Shown piece after piece: positions 1 through 8,929 of a stretch of DNA of 32,000 nucleotides. This DNA is from Nitrososphaeraceae archaeon. Lineage in GTDB: Archaea > Thermoproteota > Nitrososphaeria > Nitrososphaerales > Nitrososphaeraceae. The first letter of the stretch is position 1, and the number at the start of each line of letters is the position of its first letter. The DNA is taken from positions 12,044 to 44,043 of the forward strand of contig JBJMFM010000010.1 of the NCBI GenBank assembly GCA_045808425.1, in the 5' to 3' direction. Below the pieces are notes generated by a model. The model was not told the DNA's origin. It saw only the letters and a program-made list of their open reading frames with translations, and searched no databases. The translations under genes and the position numbers were made by a program.

Positions 1-1
1 C

Positions 2-526
2 TTGGGGGAAATTCCAATGAAATTTGTTCATAGAATAGGTTCCCTTAATAATTCAGAGTATGTTTCTGGGCTAGTAGCTGTTATCGAGCGTTGGAAAGAG
101 CTTTACAATGAATCATCCGAGTATATATACGGAATGGTGCCACAAATACCACTAGAATTAATTGAATCTGTGATACCTAAAATAAAAGACGATGGTGTAA
201 AATTTAATTACATACTTCCCCAAAAAGCAATCGTCCCCAAGAAGCGTGCTCAGCTTTTAAGTGAGTCCGGATTTTATGATTTGTTAAAAATGGAGAAGAA
301 AGTGGTGGATAGAAGGATGGTGGATAGAGTGTATGTAGCAGTAGTATTAAATGAAAAACAGGCAACTGTGATGTTTCCCACAGTGAAAGACAAAGTAGTC
401 GCTGATATGAATTCCATGTTCTATAGCAGAGACGATTCGTTATTTCACGAGTGGTGCTTAGATTATTTCAGATATTGTTGGTACAACTCAAAGCCATTTG
501 ATGAAAGTAAATTGTTGGAAGTTTAG
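2..526 (+). CDS. C-terminal part of an HTH-type transcriptional regulator (DUF1724/COG1777-like C-terminal domain). The 5' end probably lies left of the window.
   Basis: The reading frame is open from the window edge. The C-terminal pattern VAVVLNEKQATVMFP...DSLFHEWCLDYFRYCWYNS resembles, from memory, the conserved tail of archaeal ArsR-like regulators. No HTH is visible, which is consistent with truncation. Confidence 0.45.
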   Translation: MGEIPMKFVHRIGSLNNSEYVSGLVAVIERWKELYNESSEYIYGMVPQIPLELIESVIPKIKDDGVKFNYILPQKAIVPKKRAQLLSESGFYDLLKMEKKVVDRRMVDRVYVAVVLNEKQATVMFPTVKDKVVADMNSMFYSRDDSLFHEWCLDYFRYCWYNSKPFDESKLLEV

Positions 527-657
527 CATGAATTAGACAGACTGTATTTGTCTTGTCTAAAAAATTGTTGCTGTGATCAGTCAAAAAATAAGTAAAAGGA
601 CAAAGATAAGAAAAAAAATGAATAGTATTGAGTGTAGTACTGAATGAAAACTTCGAG

Positions 658-1530
658 CTAAATATAGTCTGTAATTTTATAATTTTTAGTCTCCTTTATT
701 AAATATGCCATCTGTTTCTTTTCTGAGTGCACATCAAGATTTGTCAAATTTCGCAGAAAATCTATTTCCTCTTTTAGAAAGATAACACCATCATCATACA
801 ATTCGCTAAAAGCAAGCTTTTGATTTAGCTTTTGTATATTGGTAATACACTGGTACACTTTATCTATCTTATTTGTAATTCCATTCTCTACTAAGATCCT
901 TGCTAGCCTTCTTTTTTGTATATTAAACATAGCATTTGTTACAAGTTTATCAAAAACCGAAAGGAGATCAAAATAGTCATCTTTTCCGGTATATCCTATT
1001 ATTGTAGATGGAATAAAATTCAACATTCTTCGCTGCTTTGCTCTTTTAGAGTGTTTTTCATCCAACACTATTACAGATCTTCCGAATGTCAAAATAGCGT
1101 TTAGGACTTGGTTCGGTAATCTCTCATCTAGGACATCATCGTCAGATTTCACTTCAACCGGATAGAACCGAATCCAGTCTATCCTGCATTTTTCACTTTT
1201 GGCAAATTGTGTCAGAATTCCACTCCTCATCAAAATGTTAATATAGTTGTCATAAGATTCAATTGAATCATAAATAATATTGCTTTTACCACTGCGTCTT
1301 TTATCTATTACAGCAATTACAAGATCAAAGCTTCTGAAGTAGCCTTCATCCTTTATTTTTATGTCCATATCAGTACTGGCAGATGATGGAAAAAAATGGC
1401 TACTACAGTTATCATTACCATTATGATCATTATGATTATTACCATTGTCGTGATTACTAATGGTATTACTTTTTATATGACCCGACCTGACGGAGCTTAT
1501 AAACAGTTGCTTTAAGTCTTTTTCATTCAT
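658..1530 (-). CDS. Uncharacterised protein with an N-terminal His/Asn/Asp-rich low-complexity segment, a central PD-(D/E)xK-like nuclease core and a helical HTH-like C-terminal region.
   Basis: 290-aa ORF with no competing frame. It carries FDLVIAV (candidate catalytic Asp strand) and then YPVEVKSDDDVLDERLPNQ (an E-x-K strand followed by a Gln-containing helix). KRRLARILVENGI further downstream looks like a recognition helix. Confidence 0.5.
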   Translation of the reverse strand: MNEKDLKQLFISSVRSGHIKSNTISNHDNGNNHNDHNGNDNCSSHFFPSSASTDMDIKIKDEGYFRSFDLVIAVIDKRRSGKSNIIYDSIESYDNYINILMRSGILTQFAKSEKCRIDWIRFYPVEVKSDDDVLDERLPNQVLNAILTFGRSVIVLDEKHSKRAKQRRMLNFIPSTIIGYTGKDDYFDLLSVFDKLVTNAMFNIQKRRLARILVENGITNKIDKVYQCITNIQKLNQKLAFSELYDDGVIFLKEEIDFLRNLTNLDVHSEKKQMAYLIKETKNYKITDYI

Positions 1531-1648
1531 TCACAAATTAGTTCTTCCATATACGAATATTTATTTCCTCAGAACAAATTAGTTTGTTTGATTACGCTTA
1601 CGTGTATACCGCAACGATATAGTATGGTAAGCTATGAATAGATCTCTC

Positions 1649-2482
1649 TTATTTACAAGCTCTTTTCATTTGCGTGATATAAGAACCTAATCTGTTGAGC
1701 ATCTCCCTCTTACCATTTCTATTATTACTTGACTTTATCTTGTTTATGATAGCACTTCCGACTATCACTGCATCTGCGCCAGCTTCAATCATGAATCTTA
1801 CGTGTGAGGGCTTCGTAATTCCAAATCCTACTGCTACTGGGAGACGTGATCCAGCAATCCGTTTCGTGTTTCTTATTGCACGCAAAGTATAATCTTCAAT
1901 TGACTTGCGAGTGCCGGTGGTACCGTATATAGACACGAGGTATACAAATCCTGATGACCTGTTCATAATGGCATTGAGTCTTTCGTTCGACGTATTTGGA
2001 GAAGCCAAAAATATCGTAGCTAGACCTAGTCTTGATGCTTGCTTAATATAGCAATTAGATTCCTCAATTGTCATATCGGGCAAAATGAATCCATCTATTC
2101 CTGACTGCTTAGACTTCATCATGAAATTTTCAAAACCAGCTTTTAATAGAATATTAGAATATGTCATAATAAGAATGGGCAGGTCAGGAAACTTGCTCCT
2201 AATGCGGTGAAATACATTCCAACATTTTTCGGGAGTGATACCATTTAATAGTGCATCATAAGATGCTTCTTGAATAATTGGACCGTCTGCGATAGGATCT
2301 GAGAATGGAATTCCTATTTCAATTATGTCTGCACCAGCTGATACGAGAGATGAGATTATATTTTCAGTTGTAGTTACATCAGGATAGCCAGCAACTACAT
2401 AACAAATAAGAGCATGTTGATTTCTTTTAGATAACTCTTGGAATTTCTTCGTGAGTCTGTTATTTCTTAGATCGATCGCCAT
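1649..2482 (-). CDS. trpA: Tryptophan synthase alpha chain
   Basis: 277 aa. Motifs: [32 protein letters not shown] and VAVGFGI. It overlaps the trpB stop by 23 nt, giving operon coupling. Confidence 0.95.
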   Translation of the reverse strand: MAIDLRNNRLTKKFQELSKRNQHALICYVVAGYPDVTTTENIISSLVSAGADIIEIGIPFSDPIADGPIIQEASYDALLNGITPEKCWNVFHRIRSKFPDLPILIMTYSNILLKAGFENFMMKSKQSGIDGFILPDMTIEESNCYIKQASRLGLATIFLASPNTSNERLNAIMNRSSGFVYLVSIYGTTGTRKSIEDYTLRAIRNTKRIAGSRLPVAVGFGITKPSHVRFMIEAGADAVIVGSAIINKIKSSNNRNGKREMLNRLGSYITQMKRACK

Positions 2483-3692
2483 ATTTTTTATGTCTTGTTT
2501 TGCTGATTGTTCTTAGATAGTTTAAAACAATTTCCACGTCCTTATCGCCACGTCCAGAGAGCGTTACCACAATAGCATCATTCCTGTTCATTTTTTTTGC
2601 CACTTTCATTGCATATGATACTGCGTGCGCGGGCTCTAGCGCAGGGATTATACCTTCAAGTTTGCAGAGCATTAAAAACGCATTTACCGCATCATTGTCC
2701 AAACATTCTACATATCTTACTCTTTTTATGTCCTTCAGTAAAGCATGTTCCGGTCCCACTCCCGGGTAATCCAGCCCAGCCGAAATACTGTGAGTTTCTG
2801 TTATCTGCCCGAATTGATCCTGGAGAAGGTACGTTAACATTCCATGCAATATTCCTTGTGAGCCAGCAGTTAAAGTTGCAGAATGCTTTCCTGAATTGAT
2901 ACCTTGTCCTCCCGCTTCTATACCGAAGAGTTGAACTTGATCGTGATCCAGAAATGGATAGAACGTTCCTATAGCGTTGCTCCCACCTCCAACACACGCA
3001 ACAATAGCGTTGGGGAGGTCATGGATTATATTCTCCATTTGTTTTTTTATTTCATGTCCAATGATACTCTGAAAGTCTCTCACCATCATGGGATAAGGAT
3101 GTGGACCTACTACTGATCCTATAAGGTAATAAGTATCTCGAATATTAGTGATCCAATCACGTATTGCTTCATTGATTGCATCTTTTAGCGTCTGTGATCC
3201 AGCGAACACTTCGTGAACCTTTGTACCAAGTAGTTGCATACGAGTCACGTTTGGACTTTGTCTACGTACATCCTTTGCACCCATATATACTTCGGAGGTC
3301 AAACCAAGTACTGCTGAAGCAATAGCAGTTCCAACGCCGTGCTGACCGGCACCTGTTTCTGCAATAATTCGTTTTTTACCCATTCGCTTTGCCAACAGGG
3401 CTTGGCCTAGAGTATTGTTAGTTTTATGAGCGCCCCCGTGAAGAAGATCCTCCCTTTTTAAATATATCCTTGCTCCTCCAACATATTCACTAAGGTTCCG
3501 CGCAAAATAGAGAGGTGTCGGACGGCCTGCATAGCTTGACAAATAATAAGAAAGTTCCTTTTGGAATTCTGGATCCCTCTTGTTTTTTTCATAAGCCGAT
3601 TCAAGTTCTTCTATTGCCGGAACAAGAGTTTCAGGAATATATTTTCCTCCGTACTTTCCAAACCTACCATTCACCGGGTCATTAAGTCTCAT
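2460..3692 (-). CDS. trpB: Tryptophan synthase beta chain (PLP-dependent)
   Basis: 410 aa. Motifs: [31 protein letters not shown] (PLP lysine), ETGAGQHG and GGGSNAIG. Confidence 0.97.
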   Translation of the reverse strand: MRLNDPVNGRFGKYGGKYIPETLVPAIEELESAYEKNKRDPEFQKELSYYLSSYAGRPTPLYFARNLSEYVGGARIYLKREDLLHGGAHKTNNTLGQALLAKRMGKKRIIAETGAGQHGVGTAIASAVLGLTSEVYMGAKDVRRQSPNVTRMQLLGTKVHEVFAGSQTLKDAINEAIRDWITNIRDTYYLIGSVVGPHPYPMMVRDFQSIIGHEIKKQMENIIHDLPNAIVACVGGGSNAIGTFYPFLDHDQVQLFGIEAGGQGINSGKHSATLTAGSQGILHGMLTYLLQDQFGQITETHSISAGLDYPGVGPEHALLKDIKRVRYVECLDNDAVNAFLMLCKLEGIIPALEPAHAVSYAMKVAKKMNRNDAIVVTLSGRGDKDVEIVLNYLRTISKTRHKKYGDRSKK

Positions 3693-3784
3693 AGTCAGGT
3701 GACTATGTTTTTTACATGCTAGGATTATTAAGACGTTCGGAATTATTTATCAAAATTCAATTCAGAATAGAAAACACAATATCA

Positions 3785-4642
3785 CTAGACTGAAAGATAT
3801 AGCTCCGAAATTTTCGAAGCGACATCTCTTGACTCCATTATGCTTGTACCTACTAAGAAAGCGTCAGCACCGGCCTCTTTTAAAAATTGGATTTCTTTAG
3901 CAGTATTTATTCCACTCTCGCTGATAATAATATTCTTTCCCTTGTAGTGCTCCTTAAGCAGCCTTTCGGTGGTGGTAATGTCAACATTTAGGTTATTTAG
4001 GTCACGATTGTTAATACCTATTAGATTATTCATATTATCTTTATTGAACTTTAGTACCTCTTGGAACTCCTTTTCAGAATGCACTTCCACTATTATCTGT
4101 AGTCCTTTTTTGTAGGCATATTCAGCAAATCTTTCCATGCTTGCTTCTGCTAGATCATGGTCAAAAATGGACTTAATAAGTAATATACAATCAGACCCGA
4201 TCCGTTTTGCCGCATCTATTTGCGTTTCACTAACAATAACATCTTTCATGAGCAATGGCACATTCACGGTCTTCCGAATCTTGGCCAAGTGATCGATGGA
4301 ACCATTAAAAAGACGGGGCTGTGTAACGATCGATAAACTGATTGAACCTGATCTCACCATCGCTGATGCTAGTTCGGTGAGGTTGATCTTGCCTTTATGA
4401 GCAATTTCTCCTCTAGATGGTGATGAAAACTTAATCTCTGTGACAAGTGGGGCGTGGGGACACGAAAGGATTCTTTGTTTCAGACTTATGGAATCATGCA
4501 TATAGAAATTATACTTCTCTGCATCGTAAGCACCCTCGTCTATAGATCTATAGGAATTGTCAGTAAGTATTTTGAGGGCGAAGTTGTCCCGAACAAATTT
4601 GCTCATTTGGATAAGCCAACGCGCAGTGGTACATGAATTCAT
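3785..4642 (-). CDS. trpC: Indole-3-glycerol-phosphate synthase
   Basis: Motifs: VTEIKFSSPSRG, LLMKDVIVSETQI, GINNRDL and ISESGI. The start could be the internal Met at 4606 (MSKFVRDN...). Confidence 0.9.
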   Translation of the reverse strand: MNSCTTARWLIQMSKFVRDNFALKILTDNSYRSIDEGAYDAEKYNFYMHDSISLKQRILSCPHAPLVTEIKFSSPSRGEIAHKGKINLTELASAMVRSGSISLSIVTQPRLFNGSIDHLAKIRKTVNVPLLMKDVIVSETQIDAAKRIGSDCILLIKSIFDHDLAEASMERFAEYAYKKGLQIIVEVHSEKEFQEVLKFNKDNMNNLIGINNRDLNNLNVDITTTERLLKEHYKGKNIIISESGINTAKEIQFLKEAGADAFLVGTSIMESRDVASKISELYLSV

Positions 4643-4914
4643 ATTTAATCCTACTAGAACTAAAGGCCGAAACTTTCGCTATTGCAAACTAAATCTGACC
4701 CATGGATAATGATCTTTTTGTTCTTTCAACGCATTTGTGAGCAAAACAGGATAAATAATTTGTAAATATGATAATAACACTATTACCAATAGTATACGAT
4801 AACACTATCCTCATCAAAAGAATAGCGATTTGCCGTTACCTAGTTTTCACTGGCGTATCGAATCTACAATTATATCATTACTATACAACAAGCAAACCCA
4901 CCAAAGCAACATTG

Positions 4915-5211
4915 TCAACAGCCCGATTCAAGTTCGTTTAGTACCGCTCTACGAACAGCCGGCATTTGGCTTCTTAAGATTAAAAATAAATCTGCCATTT
5001 CATCCCTGTCGGGTTGGCGATCATTCTTGGCTACGAACCGTTCCCTAAAGGCTCCTATCACCATTCCGCAAATTAAACCATATGCAAATTCCTCAACGTT
5101 TCCCTGGCTTGGTATAAGCTTTCGTGCAAGATCTTTCCATACTTTTATTTCCCTTATAGCCGACTTTACACTCGATTCCAACTCTTTCCTATCACGTACA
5201 GCTAGGATCAA
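4915..5211 (-). CDS. Hypothetical small helical protein (98 aa)
   Basis: The composition is more protein-like (charged, helical) than the two overlapping plus-strand ORFs at 4830-5048 and 5027-5242. No recognisable motif. Confidence 0.4.
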   Translation of the reverse strand: MILAVRDRKELESSVKSAIREIKVWKDLARKLIPSQGNVEEFAYGLICGMVIGAFRERFVAKNDRQPDRDEMADLFLILRSQMPAVRRAVLNELESGC

Positions 5212-5435
5212 GATGGACCCTTATTCTTTGAGACGCATCTAAATCTTTGCTCCAGTTACAATCTATTTCACCAGCGGAGGATAAGGAAAATGCGAAAACA
5301 AATAACTATGTTCACTGGTCAGATATATTTTGTAAATATCTTTCCTGCACAAGATTTAGTATTTGAGACGTCAGGCTTTATCTCTTTTGCCAAGTATAAG
5401 ATCCTATAAGCTCAGTTTTATATCTTGATCTGCTT

Positions 5436-6014
5436 ATGAAACTTTACTTGAAAAGATATATGATATATTTAGAGAACAACCAGTCTCATACTCCAAAGGA
5501 TGCTTCAAACTTACTGAACAGGGCAAGATCACTACTTTCAAGCTCTAGGGTCGTTATAAGAGATACACGCGTTTCAAATCTTAGAATCGAGTTTGATACA
5601 AGCATTCCAGATAATATCAGGATAGAGGAAGTGATCAAAGGACTTTCGTTGATTGCTCCGATATCAGAATACGAACATGTGGTTGAAAAAAAGCTGCCAA
5701 AGGAGGAAGCCATCAAGTATGCGAGGTCCTTATTTAATTTTCAAAAGTACTGGTCTGCACATGAAGTTCTTGAATCTGTCTGGAAAACTTCCCATGGGAA
5801 GGAAAAGGATCTTCTAAATGGGATCATATTAGTAGCTGCCGCCTTCGTCCATGACGAGAAAAACGAGTCAGATATTTGTATTTCTATATTAAAGAGGGCA
5901 ATGAAAAAATTGGATAATGCAACAGGTAATTACTTTGAAGTGGACGTTGATAAACTCAAGCATGAGATCTTCAGAATAATTGAAACCGGTCAAATACAAC
6001 GTTTTGGTATTTAG
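5436..6014 (+). CDS. DUF309 domain protein
   Basis: The C-terminal half reads LFNFQKYWSAHEVLESVWK...LLNGIILVAAAFVH, which matches the remembered DUF309 signature (aromatic-W-x-x-HE-x-LE-x-x-W ... LQG-I). The N-terminal ~95 aa are unassigned. Confidence 0.7.
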   Translation: MKLYLKRYMIYLENNQSHTPKDASNLLNRARSLLSSSRVVIRDTRVSNLRIEFDTSIPDNIRIEEVIKGLSLIAPISEYEHVVEKKLPKEEAIKYARSLFNFQKYWSAHEVLESVWKTSHGKEKDLLNGIILVAAAFVHDEKNESDICISILKRAMKKLDNATGNYFEVDVDKLKHEIFRIIETGQIQRFGI

Positions 6015-6427
6015 ATATATATGTATCTAAACATGATTCTTCACAGAAGATTTGTTTTAAGATCGTCTTCAGTGCGTCTCATCTTTTAGTCTTCTTCTTC
6101 TGAGGATCAGCGCAACTACAACCAGCACTACTAAAATAGATAGCATCGTGAAAAATGTCGCTTCGTCTCTTACGACTCCCTTGGGAAGGATGACTAATAC
6201 AATTAAGTAAACTAGCTGTTGCACAGTAATCTTTGCATATAGTTGTATTTGGTGTTTACTTTGCGAACTTGTGAATGATAAAAATTCTTGCTCAGTCTGA
6301 CGTCATATCAATTGGCTGATCGACCTTAATGCGTACGTTACTGCCTAGCGAAACTAAGACAAAGTTATATACAAATAGCAAATGATTGATTCATAATAAA
6401 TCAAGGGCGGTTGAACTTCAGTTTAAG

Positions 6428-6519
6428 AGGTGGGGAAGGGATTCGAACCCTTATAAATTCGCTATCGGCAAAATCCATGATTTCTGCAGGCGAACGCATA
6501 GCCGCTCTGCCACCCCACC
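6428..6519 (-). tRNA. tRNA-Cys (anticodon GCA) with a 20-nt intron at the canonical 37/38 position
   Basis: Hand-folded cloverleaf on the minus strand:
- acceptor GGTGGGG/CCCCACC
- D arm GCAG-AGCGGCT-ATGC
- anticodon stem TTCGC/GCGAA with loop CTGCAGA once aaatcatggattttgccgat is removed
- variable region TTTAT
- T arm AAGGG-TTCGAAT-CCCTT
- discriminator U73, as expected for Cys
The mature length is 72 nt and no CCA is encoded. Confidence 0.85.
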
Positions 6520-6655
6520 AAGAGGATATAGACTGTCCAGTTCTAATACTTGTAAGCGTTCTAAATTTAAAGCATTAGGTGCTAGTTTTCTGCCGTTAAT
6601 ATACGCATATATAGATTGATATCAAGTTTAAAAATATATAATTATCTGTATAGAA

Positions 6656-6880
6656 TCAGAGTTTTAGTACGTTCTTGGCAGCGAGACGGATATCTTCAGG
6701 TTTTATTGTCTTTCTACCTGCATGAACCGACAGATCTACTGCCTGAGTAGCAATTTTAAGTGCGACCTCCTCTAGGAGTCTTCTAAGTTCATCTGCTGCA
6801 TCGTCGCTAACTCTCTCTGCACCCGACTTTTTAATGACGCGATACATTGCTGCAAGGCCCAGCTCTGGATTAGATGACAT
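6656..6880 (-). CDS. Archaeal histone (HMf-type histone fold)
   Basis: MSSNPELGLAAMYRVIKKSGAERVSDDAADELRRLLEEVALKIATQAVDLSVHAGRKTIKPEDIRLAAK is a typical single histone fold. The track ORF extends to 6964, but a consensus TATA box at 6907-6914 lies inside that extension. This favours the Met at 6880 (74 aa). Confidence 0.85.
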   Translation of the reverse strand: MSSNPELGLAAMYRVIKKSGAERVSDDAADELRRLLEEVALKIATQAVDLSVHAGRKTIKPEDIRLAAKNVLKL

Positions 6881-6906
6881 ACTATCATGGAGACAGGGCC
6901 CCCCTC

Positions 6907-6914
6907 TATTTAAA
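6907..6914 (-). promoter_or_regulatory. Putative archaeal TATA box (TTTAAATA on the minus strand) for the histone gene
   Basis: The box reads TTTAAATA on the minus strand and is centred about 30 nt upstream of the ATG at 6880. This implies a leaderless or near-leaderless mRNA. Confidence 0.45.
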
Positions 6915-7044
6915 AAATACATTTGTCTAATAAAAACACTCTCGTGTACGAGGGATTTCTTCATTTTTCAAGTAAGCAACCGAGTTAAATGCAACAGGAA
7001 GTCTCTGAAAATATTTATGTTATATAGATTAGTCTATTACATAT

Positions 7045-7827
7045 TTGCAGCCATTATCATTTGATGCACATATTCACCTGACTGATAGTGCATATTCTAG
7101 TTACATACAGGATCTTCTGAACAACTTGAGAGCAATGAAGATTAATGCCTGCTCTGTGGCAGTGGACCTCACAACATCGCTTAAAACATTTGAGCTATTT
7201 GGCAACTCAACTCGTGATATTGTGACTCGATTTATAGGGATACATCCTGAATTTGCAGGTACAGAAAATATAACTGACTTCGTTAAAATCTTTAACGATA
7301 ATAGTGACCTAATTGACGGAATTGGAGAAATCGGTCTTGACCGGGCCTACATAGGAGATAATACAATCTCATATCAAAAACAGAAAGAAGTTTTTTGCAC
7401 TATGCTCACTCTTTCTGAAACAACAAGGAAGCCCATATCAATACATTCTCGAGGCTCTTTAGATCAGATACTTGACGTGCTAAGTACATATAACACTGGA
7501 AAAGTACTTTTGCATTGGTTCAGTGGTAGCAAGAAGCAGTTACGGAAATGCATGGACATGGGTTTGTATGTAGGCTACGGACCACTTTTGGTGTACTCGG
7601 CTGAAAAGAAAGTCCTGCTAAAGAATACTCAAGTTGAACGTTTTCTTGTCGAAACGGATGGACCTGTAAAATACTCCAGATGTTTTAAGGGGCTTACCCC
7701 ACTGCCGAGCTCTTTTCTAGTTAGTGTAATAAGCTCTGCTTCCAGTGTTCTTGGAAAAACTTTCTATGAAACCAGAGATATTCTTAGAAAGAATTCTGAA
7801 GATTTCCTTAGCACCAGTAAATTATAA
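7045..7827 (+). CDS. TatD-family metal-dependent hydrolase/DNase
   Basis: FDAHIHL (HxH metal site), GEIGLD, ISIHSR, LLHWFSG and VETDGP are classic TatD motifs. The start is TTG. Confidence 0.85.
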   Translation: MQPLSFDAHIHLTDSAYSSYIQDLLNNLRAMKINACSVAVDLTTSLKTFELFGNSTRDIVTRFIGIHPEFAGTENITDFVKIFNDNSDLIDGIGEIGLDRAYIGDNTISYQKQKEVFCTMLTLSETTRKPISIHSRGSLDQILDVLSTYNTGKVLLHWFSGSKKQLRKCMDMGLYVGYGPLLVYSAEKKVLLKNTQVERFLVETDGPVKYSRCFKGLTPLPSSFLVSVISSASSVLGKTFYETRDILRKNSEDFLSTSKL

Positions 7828-8034
7828 TTGTTATAGTTCTACGACGATTAAAGTTACAGTATAATATTTTTGAATGAATTTTATTGGCTTTGCTAAGGTA
7901 GGACAAACAAAATAAAAAGGCAATGGATGTCTCGAATGTTACTATAGTGATGATAATAAAAATGTCTGCTCAGAAGAGGGACAAAAATTTCTTGTTTCAG
8001 GTCTGGATAGCTACAAAAAAGAAATAACGTGTAT

Positions 8035-8715
8035 TTATTGAGGCAGCTCTGCTGTTTGCGGTTGATTTTGATTTTGGTCTTTGACGAGCCTGACTATAAC
8101 ATCAGAAACTGAGCAGTTCATTTTTGTTTTTTCCTTGAGGATCTGTCTGTAGGCTTCTAATGTGATATAAACTGGAATTGAACCAGTGCCTTCAAGCAAA
8201 GACTTTACCCTATACAGACCGTTTTCTATTCCTCTTTCTGCAGTCTTCTTTAGCTTTACTCTGTCCATGAGTCCGCCAAGCGGGCCCATAGGCATATCAT
8301 AATCAACACTAATGCTGGTCTTTGTCTTCTTGTCACTAATCTCTTCGAATTCAACAGTAATTTGCCAGTGTTTAAAAGGGCCTTCAATCATTTTTGCTAC
8401 TATCTTGCGACGTGGTATGTAATCAATTGTCTCGCAGTCCCATTCCAATTTCTTTCCATCAAAATCGCCACTAATTCTAAAGATAGTACCCACGCCAAAT
8501 CCATTTTTTACCTCAATAGGAATAATGTTCAAGCCCATATTTTCTGGGAATTGATCCGCCATATGTTCAGGTCTAGCGAAATAAGTGAAGACTTCATTCA
8601 CAGGACTGTTAATTTCAAGGGTTTTACTGATAGTAGTCGTCATAACCTGTGAAAATAAATTCTCTGAACTGAATTTAAAGGTTTCTTGTGTATAAATTTT
8701 CTTCCAGTGTTTCAA
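8035..8715 (-). CDS. SRPBCC (START/polyketide-cyclase-like) ligand-binding protein with a C-terminal ribbon-helix-helix-like tail
   Basis: The core MTTTISKTLEINSPVNEVFTYFARPEH...FKHWQITVEFEE...VDYDMPMGPLGGLMD is SRPBCC-like. The tail VYITLEAYRQILKEKTKMNCSVSDVIVRLVKD has a strand-helix-helix pattern. The start is more likely Met25 (8643). Confidence 0.6.
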   Translation of the reverse strand: MKHWKKIYTQETFKFSSENLFSQVMTTTISKTLEINSPVNEVFTYFARPEHMADQFPENMGLNIIPIEVKNGFGVGTIFRISGDFDGKKLEWDCETIDYIPRRKIVAKMIEGPFKHWQITVEFEEISDKKTKTSISVDYDMPMGPLGGLMDRVKLKKTAERGIENGLYRVKSLLEGTGSIPVYITLEAYRQILKEKTKMNCSVSDVIVRLVKDQNQNQPQTAELPQ

Positions 8716-8929
8716 TTATCACGCCTGCAATAGGTGCGTTATTATCTTGAGCCTAGTATACAATTATTCTGAATATCTTAATGATTTTATGTTGAATTTG
8801 CAAAAATACTAGATAATCTATATTTTATATCAACCCTATGGATAAGTGAGTATTTCTACCTGTTCTAGTGATGACCTTTTGCAAGATTGAATTAAAAAAC
8901 GGTCCAATACTTATATGAAATCGGATGTG

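Noticed and set aside
916-3116. Several 60-100 aa ORFs antisense to or overlapping the 290-aa gene, trpA and trpB (916-1104, 1695-1892, 2597-2899, 2692-2997, 2904-3116)
   Set aside because: All are nested in strongly supported genes and have improbable compositions. These are shadow ORFs.
6069-6146. 25-aa minus-strand mini-ORF (MLSILVVLVVVALILRRRRLKDETH) encoding a single TM helix
   Set aside because: It is too short to support from sequence alone, and no start context or conservation is available.
6386-6619. 77-aa plus-strand ORF
   Set aside because: It lies entirely antisense to, and overlapping, the well-folded tRNA-Cys gene. Its sequence is Arg/Ser-rich and not protein-like.
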